Positions 52,313 through 64,000 of a stretch of 64,000 bases of DNA are shown here, piece by piece. The DNA is from Callorhinchus milii (lineage: Eukaryota). Position 1 is the stretch's first letter. The number at the start of each line of letters is the position of its first letter. The notes below the pieces were generated by a model. It made no database searches. It was not told where the DNA came from and saw only the letters and a list, made by a program, of their open reading frames with translations. The stretch covers positions 39,682,001 through 39,746,000 of the forward strand of contig NW_024704743.1 in NCBI RefSeq assembly GCF_018977255.1, given 5' to 3'. Position numbers and translations under genes: made by a program.

Positions 52313-54147
52313 TTTCTGTGTTGCTGGAAATTTGAAATGATGATATTTTGGTGAAGTAGAATAGCAGGCTGGTAACCAAACACCAAAATTATTGAATCCT
52401 ATATTATCCCAATTTGTGGACCTCAGAAAGTGTCACTATTATTCATAATCTTTACATTTAATATGTAAAGATACCAGGAAGGATAAATGTAAGGATTATT
52501 ATTCTTACCATTAATGTAAACCACAGACAGAGTTGACATAATTATTTTTCAATGTCATTTTGTGGGATGATAAACAGCAAATTTATAGATGTCTATTGTT
52601 ATAGCCTTTGTGACCTGAAAAGGAATATTGACGTTTCTTTGTTGTTTGTGATAGTTTTTATTTTGGGTCAATTGCTATAATACTTTTAAGTTGAAATAAA
52701 GTTCTATTTATTTTTAAGGTGAATTAATCACAGGGTAAGAAAATAAATTGCTCAGTTAGAGACTGTGGAATACAAATTGATTCCACTTGAGCAGAAAGCC
52801 CTTGGTATGTCATGAATGACAAAGTGACCAAGTGACAAACTCCTTAGTTATCAGGCTTACCTCATTCATGAGATGCATTCTCAGTTATTCAGATTCTTGT
52901 TGAGTATGCTTTGCTCTTGAACTATAAATCACTACAATTTAGCCTATGTGCCTGGGGTTAATTCTCTGATCGTTGATAAATTTGTTGACTGGTGGGTTAT
53001 CTTATTGGGCACTGGTGAGTAAATTTACTGACCACTGAAGCAACGCTCTGCCAGCACACCCTAGCCAGTAGGAACCCAATGCAATCTTAGTAACAAATAT
53101 GGAAAATGAGCCATGAATTTAGTCCTATTATCTTTTGAGGAGAAAAATACACTTTTGTATCCTGGATTTTTTCCAGTAATAATAATCCAATAGTAATAAT
53201 AATAATACTCAGATTTGCTATAACGACTTGCACGTCAGGATAACGTCTAAAAGTGCAAATAAATTTAAGTGAACAGGATGTGCATGTGTGAGTGATCTTG
53301 TGATGGTGATTGATCCTTAATATTTCTCTTTTATAAAATATGCATAACACCATCAGGAAGTTAGATTCATATGACATTTTATTCAGGTCTTAGTGACATA
53401 CGAAATCTGATTGTTAAAGTGATTTCTGACCTAAAGCACTCTGAATTAGATCATTTTTGCCTCGAGTATATTGTATAAAAAAATGAATTTGGGTCAATTC
53501 ATCCAAATTCAGACTTGATGCTTTAGTTAATGGACCGGAGACAAGGTCTTAACATGCAAATTGTGTGCACGGCTAAAGCACTGCCACTAGCCTACCATTG
53601 TGAATAATTCAAACAGTTTCTGTTTTTTTACGTCTGACCACAGTGTGGTATTTCACAGTTGTATCAGAAATGCCTGGAAGAAATCCAACGTTTTCTCTTT
53701 CTGCATGCACCACATGTGGTGTTAGACTTTTGTCTGACATCATTTGCATTTAACACTGGGAGGCACAATGTTGAAGTTGACATGGAGCTGCTGAAATGAA
53801 TCTGAATCTGACACAGAGCAACCAGGGGAAGAGTGATGCAATGGCATCCCAAAGGGAATTTGAGAAAGAGACAAAAGGTAGGCAGAGAGGGGAAATTAAA
53901 CTCTGAAGGTGCAGAAAATATTTCACAGCACTGAGAAAAGGGATCAGAGAGATGCATCATGATCAGTGAAAAGTGGACAGGAAAAATATTTCCTGAATTG
54001 AGTCTACATAATGTGAAAAATCAGCAGCTGTTTAGTAGTTTGTGATTGATCAAAAGTCTATTCAGTAAAATATAACAGCAATTAATAATTTGGGGAGGTA
54101 AAGCTGAAAAACTGCGTTGTTACGTGAAAACATCCTATGCACGATTC

Positions 54148-54400
54148 AGAATCACAGATATTGACAGCATAGAAGCAGGTCATTTGATGCATGAATTCTG
54201 CACTGACTTTCAGAGTAAGTTATTTATTAAATCCCACTGTCCTGCCTTATTCCTTTACTCTTTTAAGCCTCAAACTTTCATATACCAGTCTACTTCTCTC
54301 TTGAAACTGACAATGGACTCTGCCTCTACGACCTTCCTTGGCAGGGCATTCCACATCCCAATATTTCTCTGTGTGAAAAAAATCTCCTAAACTCTCCTTG
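54148..54400 (-). mobile_element. CR1 3' end (diverged)
   Basis: 'agaatcacaga...cagcatagaagcaggtcatt...ggcagggcattccac...ctctgtgtgaaaaaaatctcctaa'. Confidence 0.75.
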
Positions 54401-57358
54401 TGACTATCTTATATCCAATTTGCACCTGTTATTTGGGGATATGATGTTTTTGTCAAACCTCCAGAAAGGTCCTGAAATATCCTCTGAGAAGTGACATTTC
54501 CTTCTGGAAGGCCCTCTCTTCTGCTTATCTTCAACCCCAGCCATAGTTGTGGGTCCTTTCCCGTTTAAACCACTATAAATAATAGACCCAATAGACCCAC
54601 CAGTCAGCAATTATCACCTTGTCATTCATGGAAAACTAGTAACAGCCTTGCTCTGAAAACGGCTTCTGATATGTCCAGCCATATTAGTTTAAGATTAGCA
54701 GATTCTGACAATAAAAAGTATTTGGGTGCAAAACATACAAGCAAATACTATTCAAACCTCAAGTACTTTCTGTCAACCAGAATTTCTACACCTACATGTT
54801 TAAATTGCATCTCTGTACTTGCATGCCATATTTTCTTGTTCCATGACTTAGTTGGTGTGTTATTAGTGAAGTCTGCTTTTTCGAGTTTGAAATGTTTCAA
54901 GGTCAATTATTTTGAAAGACACAAAACCAAATTCTTTTTTCATTCACCCCACTCTTGGTTATTCTGAAATTCTTTTCCAATATAGGAAAACAATCCCTAT
55001 TTATCTTACAGTGGAATATTTATAACAGGATCCAGTTTCTCATCTTATTTTTGCTGAGGTATTGGGTTTGAATGGATTCTAAAACAGATTTTTTTCAATT
55101 TAATTACTGTTTCCAGCACTTAATAACAATCATTTCAGCTGCAGATGTGCTGTGAAAAAAGTAATCAAAGCTTGCGACGAATGCTCGCATCTTCTTTCCA
55201 AACACAGTCATTTTCCTCATTCAGTTGGATTCTTTCATCAAATATAATGAATAAGAATGAGCTGAAGGCGACCTCCAATAAACATTGTAAAAATATTTCT
55301 GATTTAGAAAGTTCAAACCATTTTGAAAAACAATCAGCAAATAATGAGGGAACATTTTCGTAAATGTTTCCAAGAGGCTTTTGTACACTCTCTCTTGTAA
55401 ACCTGCAGTCATCTTGCAGCATCAATTTAGTCAAAAGCCATAAAGAAAAAAATTAAAAGCTGTCTTGCAATAAAAGACGCATAGTTATAGTTAAACCTGC
55501 TTTTACAAAGATTATAAGGATTCCAAGTTGAGAAATATCGTCATTTCACAAAATCCAGCTTTCCTTGAATAGCAAAACCTCTCTTCTATGTTACAGTATC
55601 ACAATATCCAAAAGTGATGGAAACAAATTAATGAAACCATTTATTAGTTGTTTGATTTTCAATTGAAACCGTGCTGTACACAGCGATGCACTTTACCGTG
55701 CGATTTAATCAATGATATTTCCCTGTAAGCTCTTCCACTTGTTTTTATTAATGACTTTAAAAATGTAGCAAATGTGAATGGACAGCTGCGGGATTAGGAA
55801 TGCAAATTTGGAATGACTCAATGAGCTTCAATCTCAGAAATAATCAGCAAAACGTCAACAACTGATCTTGGATTTGGTGTCTTGAATGGGAGATGGGCTG
55901 AATACAAAAAAGCCTTCAATATATTACAGCATATCAGCTTCAAAAAGAGATTTCCTCCTGTTGCCTTGTCCATAACAGTATTGAAAAACTTGAGCCATGA
56001 TAAACCAGCCTTTGACCTCTTTTGCAACAGCTTCACACTTGTAATTTAGGGATTAACCCATTCATTTGGGGCTCTATCTGCTCTTCACTTAAAATTTATA
56101 TGCTGTTCATTGTGTCTTTAGATTATAAAATCTCATTATACAGATGGAATGATAAGGTAGTTATTTTTAATACATTGTTTTTTGTTTCCATCAGTGATCT
56201 GGTGATTGGTAACTATACTGTACTTCACTTCACAAAAATAGTTAAATTTCCCTTTGTAAGCAAACTCCAACCATCTGACTATAGGATGTATAGATCGATC
56301 TGGACAGAAAGCATCAAATTATTCTGCAGCCTTCAACAATGGGGCTTAATTTGCAATATTTTTAAATGATTTTTATCAATCCTGAATCCTTCTTTCAAGG
56401 TCAAACTTACCTTGTGGAACACTGATATCAATTCTGACTTCAGAGAAGCCACAATACATCCAAAAGTGACTGATGACACCTGGCAAACGTTTGTTGTCTG
56501 ACCAGAGTTCAACATCACACATTCGACTTCAATACTTATGATGTGGCTTAATTGGTACTAGTCTCGCCTCTGAGTCAGAAGGTTGTGGGTTCAAGTCCTA
56601 ATATCAAGACTTTAAACTCATATAGTCTCCGCTGATACTTTAATACAGTATCCATCAGAAAAGGGAGTTTCCAAACAAAATTGGTCATTCAGTTAATTCC
56701 CTTAAACCTACAGTCACTACACAGTATGCCATGTGAAGCATTTTGAGACAGTATCCAGACATGAAAGAAGTTATATGACATTTTTTTTCTCCTAGACAGT
56801 CACAGAAAACAATGCTGACCCTAAAAGTGAGAACAAAAAAATTGGAATCAGTTTGTGCATGTATTTTTAAAATGGGATTTCTTAATTAAGAAAATGAATG
56901 GGGACTACTTTGCTTCATGCTGACTTGAGGGAACCTCACTCCATAAATAGATAGTTCTGAAGCACATTCCCATGAGTCTGAGGCTTTCATTCAAAATTGT
57001 CCCCAATATGTTCATATGAACCTTGTGCTCCATGCCTGTTACTATAAAACCTTCAATCAGTAGCTTTCTTGACATTTTTCCCATTTTATACAATTTGCTT
57101 TGAAATAATCATATTTCATACATTTGGTATAGTGCAGCTCATGTCAGGAAGACATTTCAAAGTGCTTCACAGGATATACTGTAAAGTGTAGTGACTTTGT
57201 TTTTTTGTGGAAGGAAACAATATGGGTAAACTGAAGGCAATGTCATTTGCACCAAAAAGTTATTTCAAATAAAATACGAGAAAATAACATCTAGACCAAG
57301 CGTTTACATCTGTCGGTCCTCTCATTCTGACATTTCAGAAGTGGATGTTCCATTTAAA

Positions 57359-58470
57359 ACAACAACAAAATTACATTTGTATAGTGCCTTCACATTGGGA
57401 GGATGTCCCAAGGTGCTGGACAGTCAGTGTTTCGAACCCGAGCAGGGGGTCGGATCTGGGGAGGGTGGTGGGCAGGGGGGAAGCAGGGTGATTGAAGCAG
57501 GATGGTTAAAGTGGGGGTCTTGAGATGGGTCTTGAAGGAGGCAAGGGAGGCGGCGAGGTGGAGGAACTGTGGGATGGAGTTCCAGAAGGGGTGGGGGTAG
57601 AGTGGCAGAAGGTTCGGCTGTCAATGGTGGGGCAGGCGAAGTGGGGGACATGAAGCAGGCCGGAGCTCACTGAGCGGAAGAAGCAGGCAGGATGGTAGGG
57701 GGCATTATGAAGTTGCAGAGGTAGGGGGAAGCAATGCCATGGAGGGCTTTGAAGATAAAGACCAGGATCTTGAACTGTATCCTCTGAGTGATGGGAAGCC
57801 AATGGAGTTGGGCAAGGATGGGGGTGATAGAGTCACGGAGCCTGGTGCGGGCAAGGACACGGCTGCAGAGTTCTGGATGATATGCAGCCAATGGAGGGAG
57901 GATTTGGGAAGGCCAACAAGAAAAATGTTTGCATAGTCAAGCCTCGATGTTATGTAAGCGCGTATGAGGGTTTCGGCAACCTGCGGTGTGAGACAGTGGC
58001 AGAGCCACTGTGCTGACAGAAATTCTGTCAGGACAGCAGTGGTCCTAGAGTCAAGGTGGAGGCAAAAAGGTACAGTTGGGTGTCATCCGCATACATGTGG
58101 AAGTTGATCCCATATCTGTGGATGTTGTCACCAAGAGGGAACATATAGATGGGGTTGAGGTAGCAGGTGGTCGGTTATTGTGGGTTATGATGGTGATGAG
58201 AGAGGAATGGGGAGACAGGTTTGAAGCTGTGGCGGGAGGGATGGGTAGGGGCCAGGGAGAGAGGGAGAAATGGGGAGGTGCTAGTAGACAGGAAGTCAGA
58301 GGCAGCTGAGTGAATTCTCTCGACTTTAGATTTGAGGAAGTCCAACATCGCCTTGAAGTTGGTATTGGAGGTGAGGATGGATGAGGCTTGAGAGGTTGGG
58401 CGGAGATGCCAGTTGGTGATGGAGAAGAGGAGTTAAAAACAGAATGGGAGAGGCCAATTTTCTGATGAAG
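57359..58470 (-). mobile_element. L2 LINE with multiple internal deletions
   Basis: Tail at 57359, ITPILAQLHWLPITQRIQFKILV, a HMYADD segment near 58080-58100, and the pre-RT linker at 58150-58470. Confidence 0.9.
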
Positions 58471-58577
58471 CATTCAAATTTCTCATATTTGAGGCTTACA
58501 AATAGAATAAACTTTGCATTTTATATTACGTTTTATTATGTTATCAAAGCGCTTCATAGGATTTAGTGTAAATTGGA

Positions 58578-58975
58578 TTTTTTGGGGTCAGACAAATAAC
58601 ACAAATGTCAAAATCAAATCGGCCTAAAAGTTTCATGTACGTATGTTATTTACACATGAACATTTTCCCATGTCTGAAACTGCTTTGCTGGATACCCTCC
58701 CCCACTTACCTTATTCTGGAGAGTATAAGGTGTAGGTTGGAAAGAGCCAAGGCTTGGAGACTCCAAAGTGTGTATTGGGATACTGCTGCAATTTAACTAG
58801 CTAAAGCCAGAGGAGTAGGCATTGAGCACTGTTTGACAAGCTTCCCTCTGTTTGCCCAGCTAGGATCACCCCATCTGTCAGTGCTTTGACTTACAGGGTT
58901 AACAGGAGTTGAGTAGGAAGAATCCCTGATCCCAATCACTGGCCTGCCTCTCCAAATCCTGCTGAGGAGCCAGAC
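58578..58975 (-). repeat. Unclassified repeat X
   Basis: Reverse strand 'gattcttcctactcaactcctgttaacc...gatcctagctgg...ccaagccttggctctt...tactctccagaataaggtaagt' is collinear with 14036-14443. Confidence 0.8.
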
Positions 58976-59344
58976 TTGAACATGATTATTCTATAGCCAG
59001 TGAGCATATCCAATCATAGCAGAAACTGACAAAATAATAAACAGAAATAAAACAGAAAGAGTGGCCTCACCAAATAAAGACTTTGAGATGTTCACCAAAA
59101 ACATCTGCAAAATATCAGTCAAGGAGAATTTCAAAAGGTAAGTACAATGTGCTAATACAAAGTGAGCAATGTCCTTAAAAGTCTTTAAGGAGTATGAAGA
59201 AAGTAAAACATTTATTTAGGATTTAGGCCACATAGGAAGAGTAAAAGACCAGGTTCAGGGCATCAGGAGATCCAATAACCTTAGTATTTTAAAGGAATTT
59301 ACATATCCTTACCATTATCACCACTTACCACTAAATCGCTAGCT

Positions 59345-59690
59345 GATGGCTTAATTGATCAAATTGATCAATAATTATTCATCATTGTCTTATTGACCAT
59401 ATAGACCAGAAGATCCCAAGTTGGATTCCCAGTATGAATTTGTTGATTTCAGAAAGGATGGCAATGGTTTGACTCAGTAGCCCATCAATGGAGAAAATAA
59501 TATCAGCTAGGGTTCCTGCTCTATATCACTCTCCATTGAATCCTGCTAAACAGACGTGGACATCATGTGAGGGCACAATTTGTCTCACTGAAATAATTTG
59601 CGAGCACTTGTTGCCAATACTTGTTTGAGATATTGAAGATATAGTTAGTTCAGCCAAAGGAGAACTGTGTTCCAGTAGGAATCAGCATCT
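59345..59690 (+). mobile_element. Ancient AmnSINE2-like SINE
   Basis: 'ccatatagaccagaagatcccaagttggattccc...atcagctagggttcctgctc'. The family name is from recall. Confidence 0.5.
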
Positions 59691-60107
59691 TATGAAGGGA
59701 AAGACATCAACAACTTCATTTATATTGCATATTGTTGGAATCTTTCGGGGTGGGGGTGGGTGGTTGTGTCCTTTAGTAGGGGACCGAGTTGTCAGCTTTT
59801 CAAGTGGTGCAATAGGTCTATATTGTGAAGTAGATGAAATGGGGAGGTCTCCTGAAAATTCATGTGATGGGCTATGAGGCCATTTTCATTCCTTTCCATC
59901 TACGTATTTGTCAGTGTCATAACGATAGGGAATATTCCATTGTGGCGTGAGAGACTGAGATTAAATGGGTTAAAGGGCCATCTTCATCCAAACCTCTCCT
60001 GTGATTTTCTAATCTTGATCTTGTGATCTTGATCTCCTCTATGTGCAAATTTCTGACAAGTCCCTCTTTCCTGCAGCTCTTATTCATCTATAAAAGCAGA
60101 AGCACAT

Positions 60108-60413
60108 CCAGGCAGGGCTAAACCTTTGGCAAGTTTCCTTACTCCACACGTCTCTGTTTACCCCTAGCAGTAAGTAGGAACACAGTCGATTGGCGGATTG
60201 CTTCTTCTAGGGGTGATAATCCCTCCGAAATAAAAGTAATAATAATTTGGTCACTCAATCCACGACTGTTTGTGGGACACTGCTATGCACAATTGGCTCC
60301 CATGTTTCGCCCACTAAATTCAGTCACTGCACTTTACAGTGTATCCTGTGAAGCACTTTGAGATGTCTCGAAGACGTGATAAGGCACTATATCAAATGCA
60401 AGGATTATTATTA
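60108..60413 (+). mobile_element. SINE family A, long form, lacking most of the head
   Basis: CORE-like 'ttggcaagtttccttactccacacgtctctgtttacccctagcagtaagtagg' and tail 'gatgtctcgaagacgtgataagg'. Confidence 0.88.
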
Positions 60414-60703
60414 TCCTTCTGTTGAGAAGCTAAACCAAGATTCTGTCTGCCTTTTCAGGTGGAAGTTAAAGATCCCATGACACTATTCGAAAAGAGAAGG
60501 GCATTTCTCCCGGTGTCCTGGCCAACAAATCCCCCAAATAAAATTGGTCACTCAGTCCATGGCTGTTTTGGGGACATTGGTGTGTGTAACTGCTTGCTGT
60601 GTTTCGTCGACAAAATAAACACTACATAATATCCTGTGAAGCGCTTTGAGCCATCTCAACAATAAGATAAGGAGCTATATCAAATGCAATGATTATTATT
60701 ATT
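60414..60703 (+). mobile_element. DeuSINE (family B) 3' two-thirds
   Basis: Clearest Deu domain in the window: 'caggtggaagttaaagatcccatgacactattcgaaaagagaagggcatttctcccggtgtcctggccaac'. Confidence 0.88.
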
Positions 60704-61168
60704 ACTTCAAGAGATGCCGTTTCATTATTCTGTTTCACAAAAATTACAATTATTTTCAGAACTCCACTTTCCATTTATCTTCCCCAAAAATATTTTGAAA
60801 TTAAAACTCAATCCCAGATTTTTCATTTGGTTGAGATACAGTCTTGGGACCAGAAGTTTTGTCTTTGAAATGCAATGGATTTGTCCAGTCTTTCAACATC
60901 AGTGAAATAAGTCCATTGCCTAAAATTATACTCCTGAGGGAAGGGAGTTAAACTAGGCCTTTTGGATAAACTAGTCCTGAGGAAACAAAGCTAAACAGGT
61001 TCATAGTGATTCAAAGCAGATTTGGAATGTGTGCTCAACTCTTCAAGCCAGGCTCCAACAGGGAGAGTGGTCCGAGTTGGACATGTACTGTTATTCCCTG
61101 TTTTTATTTTAAAGTGAAATTCTTCTGTGTTAAATATAATAGAATATGTTCAGAAAACAATTACTGAC

Positions 61169-61276
<108 letters not shown>

Positions 61277-62219
61277 GCCAAGTTTAGCTTCTGTTTGAAA
61301 GAACTCGCTCCATGCTTTACAGGAATTCAAGGCCACAAGGTGTTTCACAATGTAAATTCTTGTGACATTCATATACGGATTCTGTTGCACATGGAGAATT
61401 CTGTTTCTCATGGTTCACTTTTTCCTTAGCGGTTTCTGTCTGCCTTAGTTACTGTATAGGTGTAGACGTGAGGGAACTAACTCATATCTGCTTGATCAAT
61501 AGAGTGTATGCTAAACTCGCCTGGAGGAAAGATGCTAATGGACAATGTCTCATTCTGGGAAACTTTACCACATCATACTTTCCCCAGATTGAGGTAAGTG
61601 GCATTGAAATGTTGATGTACTTTTGTAATTCCTAGATGACTGTATGCAGGAGATGTCTAAAACACCTTAGGCATTTCTTTTCAGAAAGTGACAGTTATTT
61701 CACTTCTTCCACTTGATTTGATTTTCCTTTTTTTTATTGTTTCTGTATACTTACCAGGAGTTGAACTTTCATTTTGCCCCTTCAATTTTAAACCTTATTT
61801 TTTATTTGAGCTAAATTTTCAATATTGTTATTGAAATTCTTAAAAGGCCATCTCTTCTGTCATTTCCATTATGAATTCAAGCTTATTCGTGTTTTAACCA
61901 TTCTTGCACAAGTTATTGTTGCTGGTCATAATAGTGAAGCTAGTTAAATAAATGGCACTATTTTATTATGAGAGAAGAAAAGAGATTAATCTTGACGTGG
62001 TCCTATGCAAATACAATAATACATTCAGAGAAAAGGTAAGTTGGAAGGTCATTTACTTTGAATTATAAGATAAAATTCAAGGTAAAATCATGAGATTAGT
62101 TCAGATGACGAAGCCCTATAGTCCATTTTATCTATCTTGTTATCCTCTATCTTCTTGTTCTACTGTCTTGGTACATATGAAACTATTGTTCTGGGTTTGC
62201 TGTATTAATCCCATTTCAA

Positions 62220-63081
62220 ATGTCATGTCCCTCTGCCTCTTCATCATCCTTGACCTCTCTGCTACCTTTGACAATGTCAATCACTCTAACCTCATCCACC
62301 ACCTCTCCTCTCCCCTCAAACTTTATGGCTCTGTCCTTCACTGGTTCGGATCATACCTCTCACACTGCCTCCATTTCATCTCCACAAACAGTTTCTCCTC
62401 TAACCCCCACACCATCTTGTGCTGTGTTCCTCCGGGCTCTGTCCTTGGTCCCCTTCTCTTCAATATCTATATGCTGCCTCTTGATGATATCATCCGCAGA
62501 CATGGGGTCAACTTCCACATGTATGCAGATGACACCCAACTCTACCTCTCTGCCTCCACCCTTGACTCCAGGACCACTGCTGTCCTGACAGAATGTCTGT
62601 CAGACATTAAGTCCTGGATGAGAGCTAACTTTCTTCAGTTGAATGTCAACAAGACCGAGGCTCTCCTGATTGGCTCCCATCAGCGCCTCTACACCTCAGG
62701 CACTGCCAGCATCTTCATCCATGGTTGCACACTCCACCTTACTAAGCCAGTCCAGAAACTTGGCATCTTGTTTGACCCTCGACTAGCCTTTCTACCCCAC
62801 ATATGCTCCCTGACCCGTCTTTTGCAACTCTGCCCATACCCTCTGGAACTCCAACCTGAGGTCCCTCCGCCTCACCCACTCCCTTGCCTCCTTCAAGACC
62901 CATCTCAAGACCCTCCTCTTTGACCATGCTTTCAATCTCCCTGCTTCCTCCCCTTGCCCTCCATCCTGCCTGACCCCAACCCCCAGCTCAGGTCCGAAAC
63001 TCTGTCTGTCCAGCACCTTGGGACGTCTTCCGATGTGAAAGGCACTATACAAGTGTAATTTTGTTGTCGTCGTTGTTGTTG
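62220..63081 (+). mobile_element. L2 LINE fragment with an open RT core (about 200 codons), internally deleted
   Basis: LDLSATFDNV, VPPGSVLGPLLFNIY, HMYADDTQLY and LQLNVNKTE in one frame. The sequence jumps to the 3' end at about 62818 and ends in the L2 stem-loop plus a ttg tail. Confidence 0.94.
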
Positions 63082-63957
63082 TACCTGTATAACATAAATT
63101 CAATATGTACGTTTAGTATATGTTCATCTCTAAGATGTCCCTTTTCAAATTTGAAGAGCCCAGCTTATCTAATGGTGGCTCATACATTATTGCTCTAACA
63201 CAGGTTTGGGTATGACAAAACTATATAGATTGAGTATGACAGATTTGATGTGTCACATTGAATCTATTCTGAAACAATTCTTATAGCTGTGGAACTACAC
63301 TCCCATTGTCCCCTCACCCCAACTTTAGCACGTTGGGGCAATCTTATTCCAATTTTGAACAAAATCAACATCATTGTTTAAATTGGGAACCAAGTTTGAT
63401 TCATATTCTAGAGGCAGTGTTTGAGTCTTGCTTCACAGGATATCAACAGAATTAAATCAGTATCATGTTTTTAGCTTTGCCCCCAACAAATTTGAACAGC
63501 TTCATCTTATTTTTATATGATTGAACTTACAATGACAAGTTTACTGCATGTGGCCTGTGCTTCACAATGTCTAATATTTACAGACTCTTGCCATATTCCT
63601 ACATGTCATGAATGGTTTGTGCTCTGTTATGAACAGAGAATAGGATATACATTGAACAGTTCAGTAATTAATATTCCTTGCACTTTTCAAAATAATGAAT
63701 TCCCTGACAAAGTATCTGCATCTTCACTTTTAGGTTCTTTTAATTGTAAGTGTCTCATGGTGAAATTACAGAAAAAAATATAGGCCCCATACATTAAATT
63801 ATCATAGCAATTTCAAAACTACATTTATCTATAAATATATATATATCTATACATTTATAGATTTGGTGCAAAACTGGTTATTACAGTCCTCAAATAGTAA
63901 TGACTAATAATCTGGGAAACATACCAAACAAAGCATGTGATTTATTTCATAACCTTT

Positions 63958-64000
63958 TAGTCCTGTAGCTCAGTGGTTAGAGCCCTCGCTTTGCAAGTGA
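63958..64000 (+). mobile_element. SINE family A head, cut by the window edge
   Basis: 'gtcctgtagctcagtggttagagccctcgctttgcaagtga'. Confidence 0.8.

Noticed and set aside
59056..59143. Candidate exon ending AAG|GTAAGT
   Set aside because: The acceptor has no polypyrimidine tract and I do not recognise the peptide.
62090..62923. 277-aa ORF with YADD as a functional or domesticated reverse-transcriptase gene
   Set aside because: It is a truncated L2 ORF2. The N-terminal ~45 aa come from unrelated flank, the endonuclease and early RT motifs are absent, the C-terminus is deleted and shifted out of frame, and the PQG motif is mutated to PPG.

Overview
Repeat-rich, AT-rich eukaryotic genomic DNA with no recognisable host protein-coding gene, so probably a large intron or intergenic region. 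The repeat types point to a cartilaginous fish (inference): shark-type CR1 LINE 3' ends, SacSINE1-like DeuSINEs, and L2 LINEs with (TTG)n tails. The recognisable ORFs in the track are decayed L2 or CR1 reverse-transcriptase fragments; the rest are chance frames through SINEs, microsatellites or unique DNA. Contents: (1) many 5'-truncated or internally deleted L2 and CR1 copies; (2) two SINE families sharing one 3' half and an L2-like stem-loop tail but with different 5' halves (family A: tRNA-Ala-like head plus CORE-like block; family B: DeuSINE); (3) a 195-bp hAT/Charlie MITE with a perfect 8-bp target-site duplication (TSD); (4) an unclassified dispersed repeat with six copies; (5) a circularly permuted ~460-bp local duplication that also shows empty and filled sites of an L2 insertion; (6) older AmnSINE2- and LF-SINE-like relics, microsatellites, hairpins and repeat-poor blocks that may be conserved non-coding elements. 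Family names come from recalled consensus motifs, not database searches, and most boundaries are approximate.
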